Shown here: one piece after another, positions 25,869 to 39,830 of the stretch | Layout: each line of letters opens with the position of its first letter | How positions within the stretch are numbered: position 1 is the stretch's first letter | Assembly: GCA_022813965.1 (NCBI GenBank) | Contig: JALDZS010000144.1 | Span: forward strand, 1-62,679 | Direction of reading: 5' to 3' | Source of the DNA: Toensbergia leucococca | Lineage: Eukaryota | Length of the DNA: 62,679 nucleotides | Notes under the pieces: model-generated | Seen by the model: only the letters and a program-made list of their open reading frames with translations | The model's database searches: none | What the model was told of the DNA's origin: nothing | Made by a program: the position numbers and the translations under genes

Positions 25869-28800
25869 ATGTCTGCTTCAGCAATCAATGGCCCACGAGG
25901 GCGAATTAGTCCATTCACTCGAGACTCCGCCTCGCCATCCCCTGCGCCTACGGTATCTGGTGTCAGACCCAAGTCCTCCGTCTTCACTTCGCCTCCAGCT
26001 ATCTCGAATCCCTTAGGCCACAGTCGGAATCACTCATTCTCACCCCTCAGCGGTTCAAATCTTGCCCCTCCGCAGACCACGAGACAACGTTCAAGCTCCA
26101 ACAGAAGTGGCGCTCAGGCTTCAAATACCTTTGCCCCACGATTTATCAAGACTGAAGAGTCTCAAAGAGAGGATGAGCCCGTCAGAGGCATTGAGGGTGA
26201 AAACGACTTCTCAGGAAAGCGATATGTGTGGTTACGGGACTCGCAAACGGCTTTTGTGAAAGGTTGGGTCGTTGAGGACTTGGATGGCGGCCATTTGTTG
26301 GTGCAATGTGACGATGGAAGCGTTAGACCCCCATGAAGCCCATTAATGTGGTGAAATATCATGACTGATCCTAAGCCAGCAAAGAGATGTTGATTCAGAA
26401 AGTGTCGATAAAGTCAACCCAGCGAAATTTGACAAGGCAGACGACATGGCCGAGCTCACCCATCTGAACGAAGCTTCTGTAGTTCACAACCTCCAGATGA
26501 GGTACCAAGCGGATCTAATTTATGTACGAACATCGCTTCTTAATATATCCTCACAGCCAGCTTATGTTCATTAGACGTACTCTGGCTTGTTCTTGGTCAC
26601 TGTCAACCCATATTGCACCTTGCCAATATACACCAATGATTATATTAAGATGTATAAAGGCCGAAGTAGAGAAGATACCAAACCACACATCTATGCTATG
26701 GCTGATGGGGCATTCCGTAATTTGGTGGAGGAAGGGGAAAATCAAAGCATCTTAGTCACGTATGTTTCAAAAATATCTTAGTAGAGTGTATCGAGCTGAT
26801 GATATCCTGAAAGCGGTGAATCTGGTGCTGGGAAGACCGAGAACACGAAGAAGGTCATCCAATATCTTGCCGCCGTGGCAACATCCGATTCTCCTGGCGC
26901 CAGATCAGGAGCTCGGCAATTGACGAACCTATCGCAACAGATACTCAGGGCTAATCCCATTCTCGAGGCTTTCGGAAACGCACAAACCGTGAGAAACAAC
27001 AATTCTTCACGATTCGGTAAATTCATACGCATTGAATTCACGAGGTCTGGGCAAATTGCCGGTGCTTTCATCGATTGGTATCTACTAGAAAAGTCAAGAG
27101 TAGTAAAGCTCAATTCGAGTGAACGAAATTATCATGTTTTTTACCAACTGCTCCGAGGCGCGGACCGGAGGCTGAAGGAGGATTTCCTGTTAGCAGGACT
27201 GGAGGTTGAGGATTTTGTGTATACGAGAGACGGGAACGATGTGATAGCGGGTGTTTCCGATAGCGATGAATGGAATGCCTTGATCGAGGCATTCCACGTT
27301 ATGGGCTTCTCAGATCAAGAGCAGGCTTCGATCCTACGCACCGTGTCTGCAGTTCTACATCTTGGCAATGTGACGGTAATGAAGGAGAGCTTACGGGCAG
27401 ATCAAGCTAGCCTGACCAAGGAGGCACACACTCAAGCAGAGAAGGTCTGCCGTCTACTTGGTATACCCCTGGAGCCATTTGTAAAAGGGCTGTTACATCC
27501 TAGAGTGAAGGCTGGAAGAGAGTGGGTCGAAAAGGTCCAGACACCCGAACAGGTGCGTTCCTCAATAGACGCATTGTCGAAAGGAATCTACGAACGAGCG
27601 TTTGGAGATCTTGTCTCTCGAATAAATCGACAGCTTGACAGGACTGGCATGGGTCTCGACGATTCCCACTTCATCGGGGTATTGGATATTGCTGGTTTCG
27701 AGATATTCGAAGAGAATAGCTTCGAGCAGCTTTGTATTAATTACACGAACGAAAAGCTTCAACAATTTTTCAATCATCACATGTTTGTTCTTGAACAGGA
27801 AGAGTATGCCCGAGAACAGATCGAGTGGAAGTTTATCGATTTTGGGAAAGATCTTCAGCCCACTATCGACTTGATCGAATTACCAAACCCTATTGGAATC
27901 TTTTCATGCTTGGACGAGGATTCCGTCATGCCTAAGGCCACGGATAAGTCCTTCACCGAAAAGATGCACTCATTATGGGATCGTAAAAGCTCAAAATATC
28001 GACCCTCACGTTTGGCACAGGGGTTCGTCCTGACGCATTATGCTGCGGAGGTGGAGTATTCCACCGAAGGGTGGTTGGAGAAGAACAAAGACCCCCTCAA
28101 CGATAACATCACGAGATTACTCGCTTCGTCCAACGATAAGCACACTGCGGCTCTCTTTGCTGATTGTGCAGATGTTGATGAAGGCACTGGTGGAACAAGA
28201 AGCCGAGTCAAGAAGGGCCTTTTCCGAACTGTGGCTCAACGACACAAAGAGCAGCTTTCGAGCTTAATGAACCAGCTTCATTCAACCCACCCTCACTTCG
28301 TACGCTGTATCATACCAAATCACAAAAAGCGACCAAAACAATTCAGTGCTCCACTCGTGCTCGACCAGCTTCGATGCAACGGTGTATTGGAAGGCATCAG
28401 AATCGCCCGAACAGGTTTTCCCAATCGATTGCCTTTTTCCGAGTTCCGCCAACGGTATGAAGTGCTCTGTCGTGACATTCCCAGGGGCTACCTTGACGGT
28501 CAGACGGTTGCGCAATTAATGCTTCAGAAACTCGACTTAGACAAGGCACTCTATCGTGTGGGTTTGACCAAGGTCTTCTTCAGAGCTGGCGTGTTGGCAG
28601 AGCTCGAGGAACAACGCGACGCTCTTATCCGAGACATCATGTCTAGATTCCAGTCCATTGCACGCGGCTTTACACAGCGAAGGATAGCTAACAAGCGCCT
28701 TTACCGTGCTGAGGCGACTAGGATAATTCAACGCAACTTTCAGGTCTATCTCGGCCTCTGTCATAACCCTTGGTGGAGGCTGTTTGTCCGTATGAAGCCT

Positions 28801-31800
28801 TTATTAGGCGCCTCGAGAACTGCCGGAGAGGTCAAGAAGCGCGACGAGACGATTCAAAAGCTAGAGATCAAGATGCAATTGGAGCTGACTGATCGCCAGA
28901 AGCTAGAAGAGGAACGAAGACGAGCAGATACAGAGGTTCAGCGTATACAACAAACACTGGAGAGTGAACGCTCGCTCGCTCTTGACAAAGATGAGATCTT
29001 CAAACGCCTACAAAGCCGTGAGACAGAGCTCAGTGAAAAGCTTGCTGGTGCAATAGAGGACCAGGAACATCTCGAAGATCAACTCGATGAGCTCATTGAT
29101 GCTAAGAAGAAGGCCGAAGATCAAGCCGACAAATGGCGCGGCCAGTTGGAGCAGGCTGGCCAGATTATTGTCAGACTAGAGGCGGACAAGAAGGACCTAC
29201 TAGAACAGATTGCGGAGCTAGAGGAGCGAATTGAAGGTGCTGAGCAAATACGAGCTGAAAAGATCGACAAGCAGCATGGGCTGATTCAAGACAACAAAAT
29301 GTTGCAAAGTCAATTGCATCTTCAAGAGCGAAAGGTAGCCGATCTGGAAAGCAAGCTGCTCAAAACTAACCAGGACCTCGATGTTAAGTTGGATGACACC
29401 ATGAAGGATCTGCAAGTCTCCAGAAAGCAAGCAAAGGAGCTCCTCGATGACAATCGACGAATTCGACAGCAGCTATCTGAGCTGTCTAGCACCTCCACCG
29501 GCTACGAAGATCTCGTCAGGCGTAAGGAAAGCGAGATTGCCGTCTTCAAGGCGGACCAGAAACGTTGGGAATCTCAACGCAATTCCTTAGACGCAGAGAG
29601 GACTTCGCTAGTATCAAGGCACGACAACATTCAGAGCCGCCTTCGAGAAAGTCATGCTGAGATAGAAGCTATGGAATTTCAGAGAAGCCAATTTGAGCGC
29701 GAAGCTACCGATGCTAAGAAACTCCTCGAAGCTAAGCTTTCGGAAGGACTTCATGCGGGAAACAGTCGCAAGATGTTGGATGAACAGATCAAGGACCTCA
29801 AGGAGCAACTGTACATAGCCCAGACGGAACTAAGCCGCGAGCGACAATCAAGAGACGACGTACGAATGTTAGGAGATCACAACGTGGCTAGCTTGAAGGA
29901 GGCCTACGAAAATCTCAACGAATCCAAGATCATAATCGAGAAAGAACTTTATGTGCAACAAGACACCCTTCGCCGTGCAACGGAGGCTCGTGCCAACGCC
30001 GAGAGAGACCGCAAAGATCTGCAAAACGAGCTCATGCGGTTGCGGGAACGATTTACTGAGGCCGAAGCTTCTAGGCTGCAGGCTGAGACTGCAAAAGAAC
30101 GAAGCATCTCTCGACAAACTAACGAGCGGCAAGCAAGCATGAGGAAAGACCTTGAATCTAAGAGCGTACAGCTTGATCAAGCCGAAGCAGACAAACTTCG
30201 CCTCGCGACAGAAGTCGAAGACCTCACCCAATTGATTGCCAACTCGGACAATTTCCGTCTACATCATGATCAGCACAAGGACCGTCTGGAACGGGAGTTG
30301 GTAACAGTCAAAGGCCGATTGACGGCCTCGGAGAATGATAATCGAGCATTGCTGAACAAAGTGCAGCAGAAGAATCTGGATATCGCAAGATCCAACTCGA
30401 AGGCGGGCGATTCGCTGCGCTCGCGGATGGCACAGCTCCAGGCCGAAAAGAGCAAGCTGGAGGACGACGCGAAGAAGCTGACACGCCAACATGGCGATGC
30501 GCAACTGTTGATCACGTCGTTGGAGAAGCAGAAAGAAAAACTCGAGTTGAATCTTGAAGATCTCAATCATGAGGTCGCTCGGGAACACAAGACCTGTCGC
30601 AGTGCCGAAAAGACGTCTTCAACCGTCACCATCCAACTAGCAGAGGCAAATCGAAGCCTGGAAACAGAGAGACAACTCAAGACCCAAGCGCAAACCAATA
30701 CCAGGAAACTCCAGGCCGCTCTCGACGATGCCAGTAAAGAGGTGGAAACATGCCATCGTCAGCTCATGCTGTTGCAAAAAGTTTTTGATCCCGAAGTAAG
30801 AGATGCAAACCCAACTTGGGAAGCAATAGCGCCTCGCCTCTCGAGCTCCGTCGATCTTGCAGCACAATTGGAAGCCTCCCAGCAGGCTTTACGAGTAACG
30901 GGGGAGAAGTGGAGTCGTGCCGAGAACCAGCTGCAAGAACTCCGCCGTCGGCACGAAGACGATGTAGCAGACATGGACGCGCGGCATTCTTCATCGAAGC
31001 GGCATTTACTCGAAGAGCTCAATCAGAACACCGTTCCTACAACTAGATCGCCCAAGCCTTTTCGCAAAGCATCGGATCTAAAGCAGTATTCTAACACCAC
31101 CACTACACCCGATCGCCGTCATATAAGTAATACGACACATGACTCCGGCCGATCCGATCGTACTGTCGATACAGTTGCATACAACAAGCGTATGGATCTG
31201 GCTGCCGAGGTGGAAATGCTGCAGAATCAACTGCAGATGACAGAAATGCAGAATCTTCATCTTCAAAGCCAACTCGGTCGTCTGTCGCCGTTGAAGGACA
31301 CATGGCAGGATGAGAGCCCATCGGTCAGACGTGTACAGAAATTGGAAAAGGAAAACAATCGCCTTCACGACAAGCTGGATGACTCGGCCAAGAAAGTCTC
31401 GGCTCTGGAGAGGACTCTGCACGCTGGAGAGTTGTCGTTGCGAGATGTTCAGGCGAAGTCTCACGAAGAGCTGTATGATTTCATCAACTCCCAAGAGCGT
31501 TCCAGAAAGTCATTGCTCCAAGCGCACAATAGTACCGTGGCCGACTTGGCGCATGCAAAGTCTCACTTTGACAGTATGAAACAAGCAAAGGCATCGTTAG
31601 AAGTAGACATTCGAGATGCAAGGTCCGAAGCTCAGGAACTCTCTGCAGCCAGCGAGCATGAGGCCGCTAGTCGAAGCCAATTGTTGCAGGAATTCTCGGA
31701 TCTACAAATTCGGCTTGACGCAGAGAACTCCAAGGTCGTGGATCTGACATCGAGCCTCACTCTTTACAAGCGCCGAGCTGACGAGTATTTCAGCAAGCTG

Positions 31801-33323
31801 GAGCAGGCCGAGGTTTCCGTACTCAAAGCCTCTCGTGCTGAGCAATTTGCAAAATCACAAGCGCGAGAAGCTGAAGACACGTGCGTGTCAATCATGGCAG
31901 AACGGAAACAGATGGATTCTATAGTCGAGGATCTGCAACGGCAAAGCCAACGCTACGAAGAGAAGGTGGAAGATCTTGCTGCTGATCTAGAAGGTGCTCT
32001 CCAGGCCAAAAAGAGGCTCCAACATGAGCTAGAGGATTACCGCAGCCAGCGAGCTATGGATATTGAAGATAAGGAGACTTCGATGGACCAAACGAGGAAA
32101 AAATATCAGAATGAATTCTCGACGCTTACGAACGAGCTGGAGATTGAGCGCGAAAATGTCATTCATGCCCGGTCGGAGAACACTCGTATCCGTGATGAGC
32201 TGGAAGAGCTGAGATCCAAGTGGGACGATGAAGTGCTGAACAGTTCTACGTGGGCGAAGGAAAAGTCTAGGCTTGAGATGACGTTACAAGACTTATCAAC
32301 ATCAAGAGAGGAGGCTGTAAATGCTCACAACGACGCCCAAGGCAAAATCGTCTCACTTTTGTCTCAGGTTCGAAATCTTCGCACTTCAATGGATGATGTT
32401 GCCGCCGAGCGCGACATGCTTCAAAAGGAGAAACGCGGCCTCGAAGCCCGTCTGACGGAAGCAGGAGATCGGCTCGAGGATTTAGCACGTGGAGAAAGCC
32501 CTTCAATGCGCAACGCAGCGGGAATGGACCGTGAACTGCTGGACCTGAAAGCTCGGCTGGCGCAGCAAGAAGATGTTGCAACAGCGGCAGTAGGGAAAAT
32601 GCGGAGGGCGGACGCACTCGCGACGGAAATGCAAAAGGATGTAGTTGCAGAGAGGGAAACCAGTGTAATACTGCACAAGGAAAAGGCAGGGCTAGAAAAA
32701 AGTGTCAAGGATTTGCAAGGAAGAGTCGTGGAACTAGAAACCAAAGGATATTCGAGCGCAAGTCAGGATGTGAGGTTCCTGAATGGGAGGGTGCAAGAAG
32801 TAAGCAAGAACACCCTTTCTATCCTAGATTCAAAATGGCCTCAAGCAATCCTACCGTCAGACCTCGCGTGACACTGACACTAATTTTTCCCTACCCACAG
32901 CTGGAGCACCAACTCGAAAGCCTAGAAACCACACGCACAAACTCGGAACGCTCCGTCCGCAACGTGGACCGTACCGTCCGTGACCTGCAATCCCAGCTCG
33001 CGCGTCGCGACAAAACCGTCTCTCAACTCTCCGACGACATCTCCAAATCCCGCGACAAGGTCGAACGCCTGCTGCAAACCATTGACGAGCTGCAAAGCGA
33101 GGACACCAAGAATCAACTCGCCGCCAAGCGGGCCGAGAGGGAGTTGCGGGAGGAGAAGGAGAAGGGTTTGACGCTTGAGAGGGAGTTGGAGGGGTGGAAG
33201 GCGCTGCGGGTGGAGAGGGGCGCGGCGAGGTTGGGGAGTGAAGCTGGGCTGGGGAGTTTGAGGAGGGTGAGCGGGGGTGTGGGGGTGAGGAGGCAGGAGA
33301 GCAATAGCAAAGGGTTTTTGTGA
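25869..33323 (+). CDS. myo2: Type II myosin heavy chain (cytokinetic actomyosin ring)
   Basis: N-terminal SH3-like region, VDKVNPAKFDKADDMAELTHLNE, P-loop GESGAGKTENTKKVIQY, NPILEAFGNAQTVRNNNSSRFGKF, DIAGFE and LRCNGVLEGIRI, followed by a long coiled-coil tail. Last exon 32901-33323 ends SNSKGFL. Confidence 0.97.
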
Positions 33324-33806
33324 GGGTTGGTTGGTGTGTTGAGCGTGTGTATATGAAGGATAAGAGGAGGGCAGACAGGCATTTATTAGTCGGTGTTTGT
33401 GGAGTCGCATTGTTGTCTATTTCTTTCCCCAATGGAGTTACTTATAAGGAGGGGCAAGGGGTCTTTCCCTCTTTTTTCTTATAAATCACGTTCGAGATAT
33501 CCTATTTGTATATCGAGTTTTGGGATTTTTTTTAGTGTAGGGGCAGGCAGCGATAGAGCTAGTAGCCTTTTACATTTCTTCACTCACCCCTTCTTGAATC
33601 GAAGTGAAAAGGTTGAAGGCGTGTATGTATTCTGTATTGTATTCAAGCTTTCAAATAGAAAAAAACGGCAAGGAAAGACGGACATTTTGTCTGGTTGTCT
33701 CGTCGACCTCACTGATCTTCGTTGCCGATCGAGGTGATCCGAATCGTCTGTCGCACGCGTAATGCAAAAAGTTACCACTTATCCTCTTTACCCCCCCCCC
33801 CTAAGC

Positions 33807-36141
33807 TCAAGTCTTCAAGCGCTTGGGCAGCTGTAGTACGCTCTTCTTCGCCTCATCCACATCCGTGAGCGCATTCCTCCTCTCCCGCTTCGCTTTCCCA
33901 TCTCCCAGGCTCATCGTCTCACCAGCTCCCACAACCCTAGCATTCGAAGCTCCTCCATCTCTAATTTCCCCCTCCTCTGAACCCGCGCTCTCGCTCCGCA
34001 CCGCTTCCTCATCGTCCTCGTTCCCGCGCCGCCGCTTTCCAATCGCCACTTTCTGTAGCTGCTTGTGCAAGCCCTCGTCGTCTCTGTCCTGGCTTATCCA
34101 AGCGTTGGCGTCGAGGTTCAAAGCGTCGTGGGCGTTGTCGTTGTCGCTGTTGTGGAACTCGAGGTCAGAGAGATCTTCTTCATCGTCTGCGTCTTCGCTC
34201 GGTTGGGCCGAGCAGCGGTAGTCTTTGGTAACTGAATCAATCAAGGCAAGAAGCCCCTTCGTGTAGATGCCGCTTTGTTTTGGGGCTAGGGAGGCTTCCG
34301 CTGATGTCTTTGGGGGAGATGGGGTTGATGATAGTTGGACGGCCGAGGAGCTAGGTCGGGCGCCCGGATTGCTGTAAGAGAGTAAGCTGTCGGAGAGGAT
34401 TGGGCCGGGGTCGATTGTCTTGGCTGACTTTGGTGTGTCGACATGGAGCTGACTGTCTGATCGGGGATGATTTACATCGCGGTTTTCAGGGAGCTGGTAT
34501 TCTCCCTGCTCGCTGATTTCTCCAAAGACGTGTGTAGGCTTTTTCTGTTTTTGCCAGCCTAGGGTAATTCCTCCAGCGGTGGAGAGCGACGAAAGCGTCA
34601 TGAAAAGTCGTTCTTGCTTTCCCAAAGGCATTGTGTCGGTTAGCTTGATACAGTGGTCCTCATCGTGATTCTTTCCCTTGGAAATACTCTCAGCTTTCGA
34701 AGCTTTTTCTGTGGCATTCTCCTTTGACTGGTCTTCGAACGGTGTCAATTTGCGTTTCGCAGGATTTGGAAAGGCCTGCTGTGGGTGCGATATACTTAGA
34801 GGCGTCAGGCTTGCCATACTGATTTCGAGATGTCGGCGGTTTCTGGGCTGTGGCTTGATGGCCCGGGGAAATCCTGGAAAGTTGAATTTCTCAAGGCTTT
34901 CTAGGTAGTATCAGTAGGACTAGAAATCAAAGGAGACGTTTTTGAAGCCTTGAATACCTTGGCTTCTGTAGAAGAATTGAAAAGTGGCAAATGCGCTTTC
35001 GTTATCGTCACATCGAGAATACTCTATTCTAGCGATTGGCCTGGGTGGCATATTTCTTCCATGAGCAAATCTAGTAAAGACTTAGTCCTGTAGGTATTCA
35101 GTGCAATACAGGCGTGGAGTTCTCTACCCTGCAGTATGTGTGATCTCGTTTCGCATCCCATCCATAGTTACATCGTCCTCGTCACCTTCCTGGTGCCTTG
35201 CATAGTAAGAATTGTCTGTATATCTTCGTCCAAGTAAGACCTTTTCTATTTTGATTACAATTTGTCCGACCTTGGCTTTCTCCTCTTTTTCAATGTCCCC
35301 CTCGGCACCGAGCTCAGTCAATCCCATGGCACTGATCACGGTTTCCTCATCTTGGCTATCAATCCATTCTGATTCCAGTTGACTCCCGGCTAAGAGCATC
35401 TTGTCAAAGGCTGTTTCGATGCCGACCTCTTTGAAAACCCAAGCATGTTCTCTGAGTGTACCATCTTTCCCTTGTACGGTTCGACCCTTCATTTGCACCA
35501 TACCGCTGGGATTTGAATAGTCTTTGTCAGATGGATCAAGGTAAACAATAGCTCTACATTCTGGTTTCTGGCGGCCGTCAAGAAATAAAGAGGCGAGCAA
35601 GCTGAACGGTGGTGGCGACTTGTAACGATCCGGCCACGACGGTACCGGTGAGGAGAGAGCCTTACGCTCTGCGCCTAACTCTCGGTCACTGTATCGGTAT
35701 TCTCTAGATGACTCATCCCTAGAACCCCGTAGCCTATGCTTCCACGAAACTTTGGACTTGCTTCCCCTACTTGAGCTAGCCTTCGGCGTATGAGAGTGAT
35801 TCAATGCCCCTGTAATATGAAAGAGGCTCAGGAAGCTGACACGCAACACTAGGTCCGGCTCACATACCATCGTTAACATCATCCCACTCATCATCCGTCT
35901 CAGAAAAGCCCGGATATTCCGAGCGCTTTGTGCGTGACACATTCCGATACCTACGAGTAGCATCATTCGAAGAAATGTTAGGAATGTTTGGCTGGAGCGC
36001 AATTTTGAATGACGTATCTGTCTTTGATTTAATATAGCTGGAGATCTTGTTGTGTTTTTGAAGACGCTGAACACCCCATTCTTCCAACCTATTCCCAGAG
36101 GAGTCCGTGACGTGAACTGCAAGACCATGTAGTTCGGGCAT
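33807..36141 (-). CDS. Hypothetical fungal protein (DUF7918-like N-terminal domain, disordered C-terminus), 4 exons
   Basis: ORFs 35860-36165, 35124-36128 and 33807-34817 join in frame via GT-AG introns (~35870-35811, ~35127-35071, ~34957-34902). Motifs SYIKSKTDTSFKI, LASLFLDG, GQIVIKI and FATFQFFYRS. The domain name is recalled, not searched. Confidence 0.7.
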
Positions 36142-36875
36142 TTCGGTTGACTGTCGACTTCGCAAGTAGCAGAGGTGGTGGGTAGATTGATAGATGGCGC
36201 TGGCTATGGTGGCATGAATCAGTGTCTGTGCTCAACAAGTCAGCTCTTGAAGTGTTGATTTGGTGAAATTAAGCCTTGATTCGTCGGGTGAAGGCCTACC
36301 GTGACAAGTCGCTCAGGAATGAAAGGATCCGGAGTGAACAGGCAGGTAGCCACGTGGAAGAAGCGGTAGCTCTGCTGCGTGAAGATCTACCACTACTGGC
36401 GAGCGATCAAAAAGCGAAAAGTGAAGCTGAGAGCAAGACGACAACAGCGTCTACTAGTATTTCGTTGACCACCAATTTCCGACTGATATTTACTAGAGTA
36501 GCGACAACACAAACGCGAGAAGGGCAAAACGCTTGAGAATGCTGATACTTTGCCGAGGAACCATAAGTCAGGGACTTGGTTGCAAGTACCGTGAGGCCAG
36601 ATGGACAACCTCCTCTAGAAGCAGCTCGAAAGGAGATGTCTTTCTACTTATCCATCTCGTCCGTGTGCCACCTAGAAAGACCCAGATACGAGCGAGATAA
36701 ACCAGACTCAACGTATCCAGAAAAACAGCAAAAGAGGAAGACTTGTCTTAGATTAGGAAAGATTGCCTCCTACTATTTGTCAAATCCCTTCCGAAACTGG
36801 GGTATCTAAGTATCAAACATTGACTCCACATTTCCCCTGTAGATATATTAATACACCCCACATAATCCTTTTACA

Positions 36876-39120
36876 CTAAAGTCCAATCCCGATCTCATAG
36901 CCTAGTAATACCTCTGTGGAGCTTCCTTCCCATCCCCTGTTACCCGCCGTCGAGATCATGTACCTACACGTAGGATCAATATACAACTGCGACACAACAC
37001 CCGTCCGATGGCCAGGGACAATGAGAAAAGGCACCGTAGAATGTTTGAACGTTTGTTGCTGCTGGAGATCATAGAGTCGTAAAATATCATAAGATGCGCT
37101 ACTAACCCTTAGCCTTGGCCGCACCAACTTAGGAGGAACTCACCAGATAAGATGCCTTCCATTCGGCATCGCACGAACAGCGCTGACTGGCCCACTGCCA
37201 TTTGGAAATTTGAACGTTCGTTCCACGCCCCGAAGCCCAGTATGTAAACTGAATTCTTCCACGGTTCCATTTCGCCGACCAGCGTAGATGAAATTTCCGT
37301 CCGGTGACCAGCAAGCATTCATGCACCACGGAGGTACATTCTGTGGTGTGATCTTGGCTACAGACGTCGGTTTTCGCTTGTCCCAGACGCGAAGTGTACC
37401 ATCAAATGAAGCGGCAAGAAATGTAGACTCGGCTGTAGATGCCAAATCCGAAGCAGCTGGCGCCGTGGAATCCTCGGTCGCTGTAGTTGACGAGAGTTCT
37501 TCTGCGTGAGGGAGACCATTAGTCAGGGCTGATGATGTCGTTTCTGCGACTTCCTTTTCCTGACTCGGTAGAGCAGATTCTGGTGCAGCCGGTGCACCGG
37601 GGCCTCCGCTTGTGCCGTGCAATGTTGAAACTTCCCCCGAGTCAATCATGTTAACATCACCTTCTACATCTTCATTCTCCTGCTCTTGTATACCATTAGC
37701 AATTGCGCGAGAAAATTCGTCATCATCGTCATCCGCAAAGTTGCCCCCTGAAGGTGCTCCAGCCTCACCCTCGTCATTGTCGCCAAAAAGCGAGTCGGCG
37801 TCATTACCACCAAAAAGGGAGTCTGCCGGCGAGCCTGCATCTTCATTTACGGCATTCTCGGACTCAATTTTTGCATCGCGATCAGCGCCATTGGTGAGAA
37901 CTCCATTAATGTGAGACTCGTTGGCACTGTTAGTAGAAAAAGTGCCATTAGAGACCAACTCTTGCCCCGAAGCTTCCGGAACTGCCAAGCTTGAAGTGGG
38001 TCGTATCTCTAGAGCCGATATCTGCCCTCCACTGCCTTCGAACGTACGTTTCACACTCCCAGTATTTAAATCCCAATCGACCACATTTCTATCCCAGCTC
38101 CCTGATAGAACAGACTTTTCATCATGGGCGAGTTTCAAGACAGAGACAGCTGAAGTGTGATTTCGGAGACAGATTATGCGCTTGCCTTCATCATGACGGA
38201 CAGATTGCAAGTTGATACCACCAGATTCTAATCCAGACAGAAGCCACAAGCTTTGATTTTGAACCGCTAAAGAGTATACAGAAGATAAGGACGGGCCGTC
38301 ATTACCTATTGATGGCTTTGCTATTGTACACCCGGACTTAGTTATCGCATTGGCTGTTTCAGGGTTTACTACATACAGAGAGGCTCTTCGTTTTCCCAGT
38401 AACTCATCAATACTCCAGCTTTTGTGACGCTGTCGACAAAAGAATGTCGTTGTGCCACGGTCAGCATCGACTTGCCATTGGCAGTCTCAACCCAATTAAA
38501 GCGTCTTATGTAACCATCTGCACCTCCAGTGAAGACCCACCTCATATCTGGGGTTGATGTGATGGAATTAATCGAGGTACTGTGTGGCGCTGCGATTGTA
38601 GGGACAATATCGTACACTGGAGCTGTTAAAGCTTCAGGGCGCACTTCTGGAAAATCGATGGGAGACTCGACTATTGTCGACGAAGGTTGCCTCGGAGAAG
38701 GAGACGTAAGGAGGACCGTTGGATTTGGATGAGAAGTTGGCGCCGATAGAACGGAAGTATCGAAGCCAACCGAATCTTGACTCAAAGTGCATTTACTATT
38801 CAACAGCGAAGGATGTACTGCTAGTGTAGACTTGTTCAGAGCTCGGGGTTGGGAATCGGCGAAAGAATCTTGAGAGTCGTCTTGATCTTGCTCTTCATCA
38901 TCATCATCGTTTTCGTCAATTTCATCCTCGTTCTCAGCATCATCGGCATCGGCATCGGCATCAGCTTCGCCATCGTCTAGGTCTTCCATTTGGGCATCTT
39001 GGTCATTGTCGGAGCTACCATCTTGTGAACCTGTAGTTGGTTTAGCCAGGTCCTTTTAAGCAGAAAACCGTTGTTCTATTGACCTGCATCGTCACGGTCA
39101 TCATCGTCAAGTGATTGCAT
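36876..39120 (-). CDS. SPT8: SAGA complex WD40 subunit Spt8, 4 exons
   Basis: Acidic N-terminus, YDIVPTIAAPHSTSINS, FTGGADGYIRRFNW..NGKSMLTVAQRH, WLLSGLESGGINLQSVRHDEG, PPWCMNACWSPDGNFIYAGRRN and PFLIVPGHRTGVVSQLYID..STAGNRGW. Confidence 0.93.
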
Positions 39121-39389
39121 TCCTCCCTTTACTCCTTGGATAGGGCACGTCGAACAAGTGCTTTGCCTGGGCTTTTATAATAGAAGTAAGAGGTATATGG
39201 CGAATTGGAAACCGCACGATCATCTCGACTGCATATAGATATGCCTTCTCGGTGCAGCTCAGGCTCTGACCTGCTGATCTATAAACTTTCCAATTTGGCA
39301 CTCGGAGGTGCGAGGCCAGGGCTCATTAATACACGCATGATTGACATACATACGGTAATAATACGTTTCAAATTATCTAATCGCATTTA

Positions 39390-39830
39390 GCAAAATCGTA
39401 GAGGCAAATCGGGTTTTCACATTTCCACGCCCCCTCTAGAGCTAGATGTTTTTTGAAATTATAATGAATAGAGCTCAAATCAAAAATGTAATTCAGGCAG
39501 ATTGTAGAGTTTCATCATGCGATTCTATGGCGGTGGAAACCAGTCAAATCTCTTGCGTGATCATGAAGATATCATAGTTATGAGCTGATGAATCAATTTT
39601 GATGTTCGTGCCTGTTCATGACCCCGTCAACCTCATGAAATCTTTATTAAGAATATCTTGATGACTGCTAATAGTGTTTGACTGAATCCTGATGTCATAG
39701 AATCACATGATGAAGCTCTACAATCTGCCTGAATTACATTTTTGATTTGAGCTCTATTCATTATCATTTCAAAAAACATTTAGAGGGGGGCGTGGAAATG
39801 TGAAAACCCGATTTGCCTCTACGATTTTGC
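39390..39830. repeat. Long inverted repeat / MITE-like fold-back element
   Basis: 39390-39529 (gcaaaatcgtagaggcaaatcgggttttcacatttccacgcccc...gattctatg) is nearly the reverse complement of 39696-39830. Weaker complementarity continues inward. No ORF. Confidence 0.85.

Noticed and set aside
35860..36165. Apparent frameshift between overlapping ORFs
   Set aside because: Explained by a canonical GTATGT..TACAG intron.
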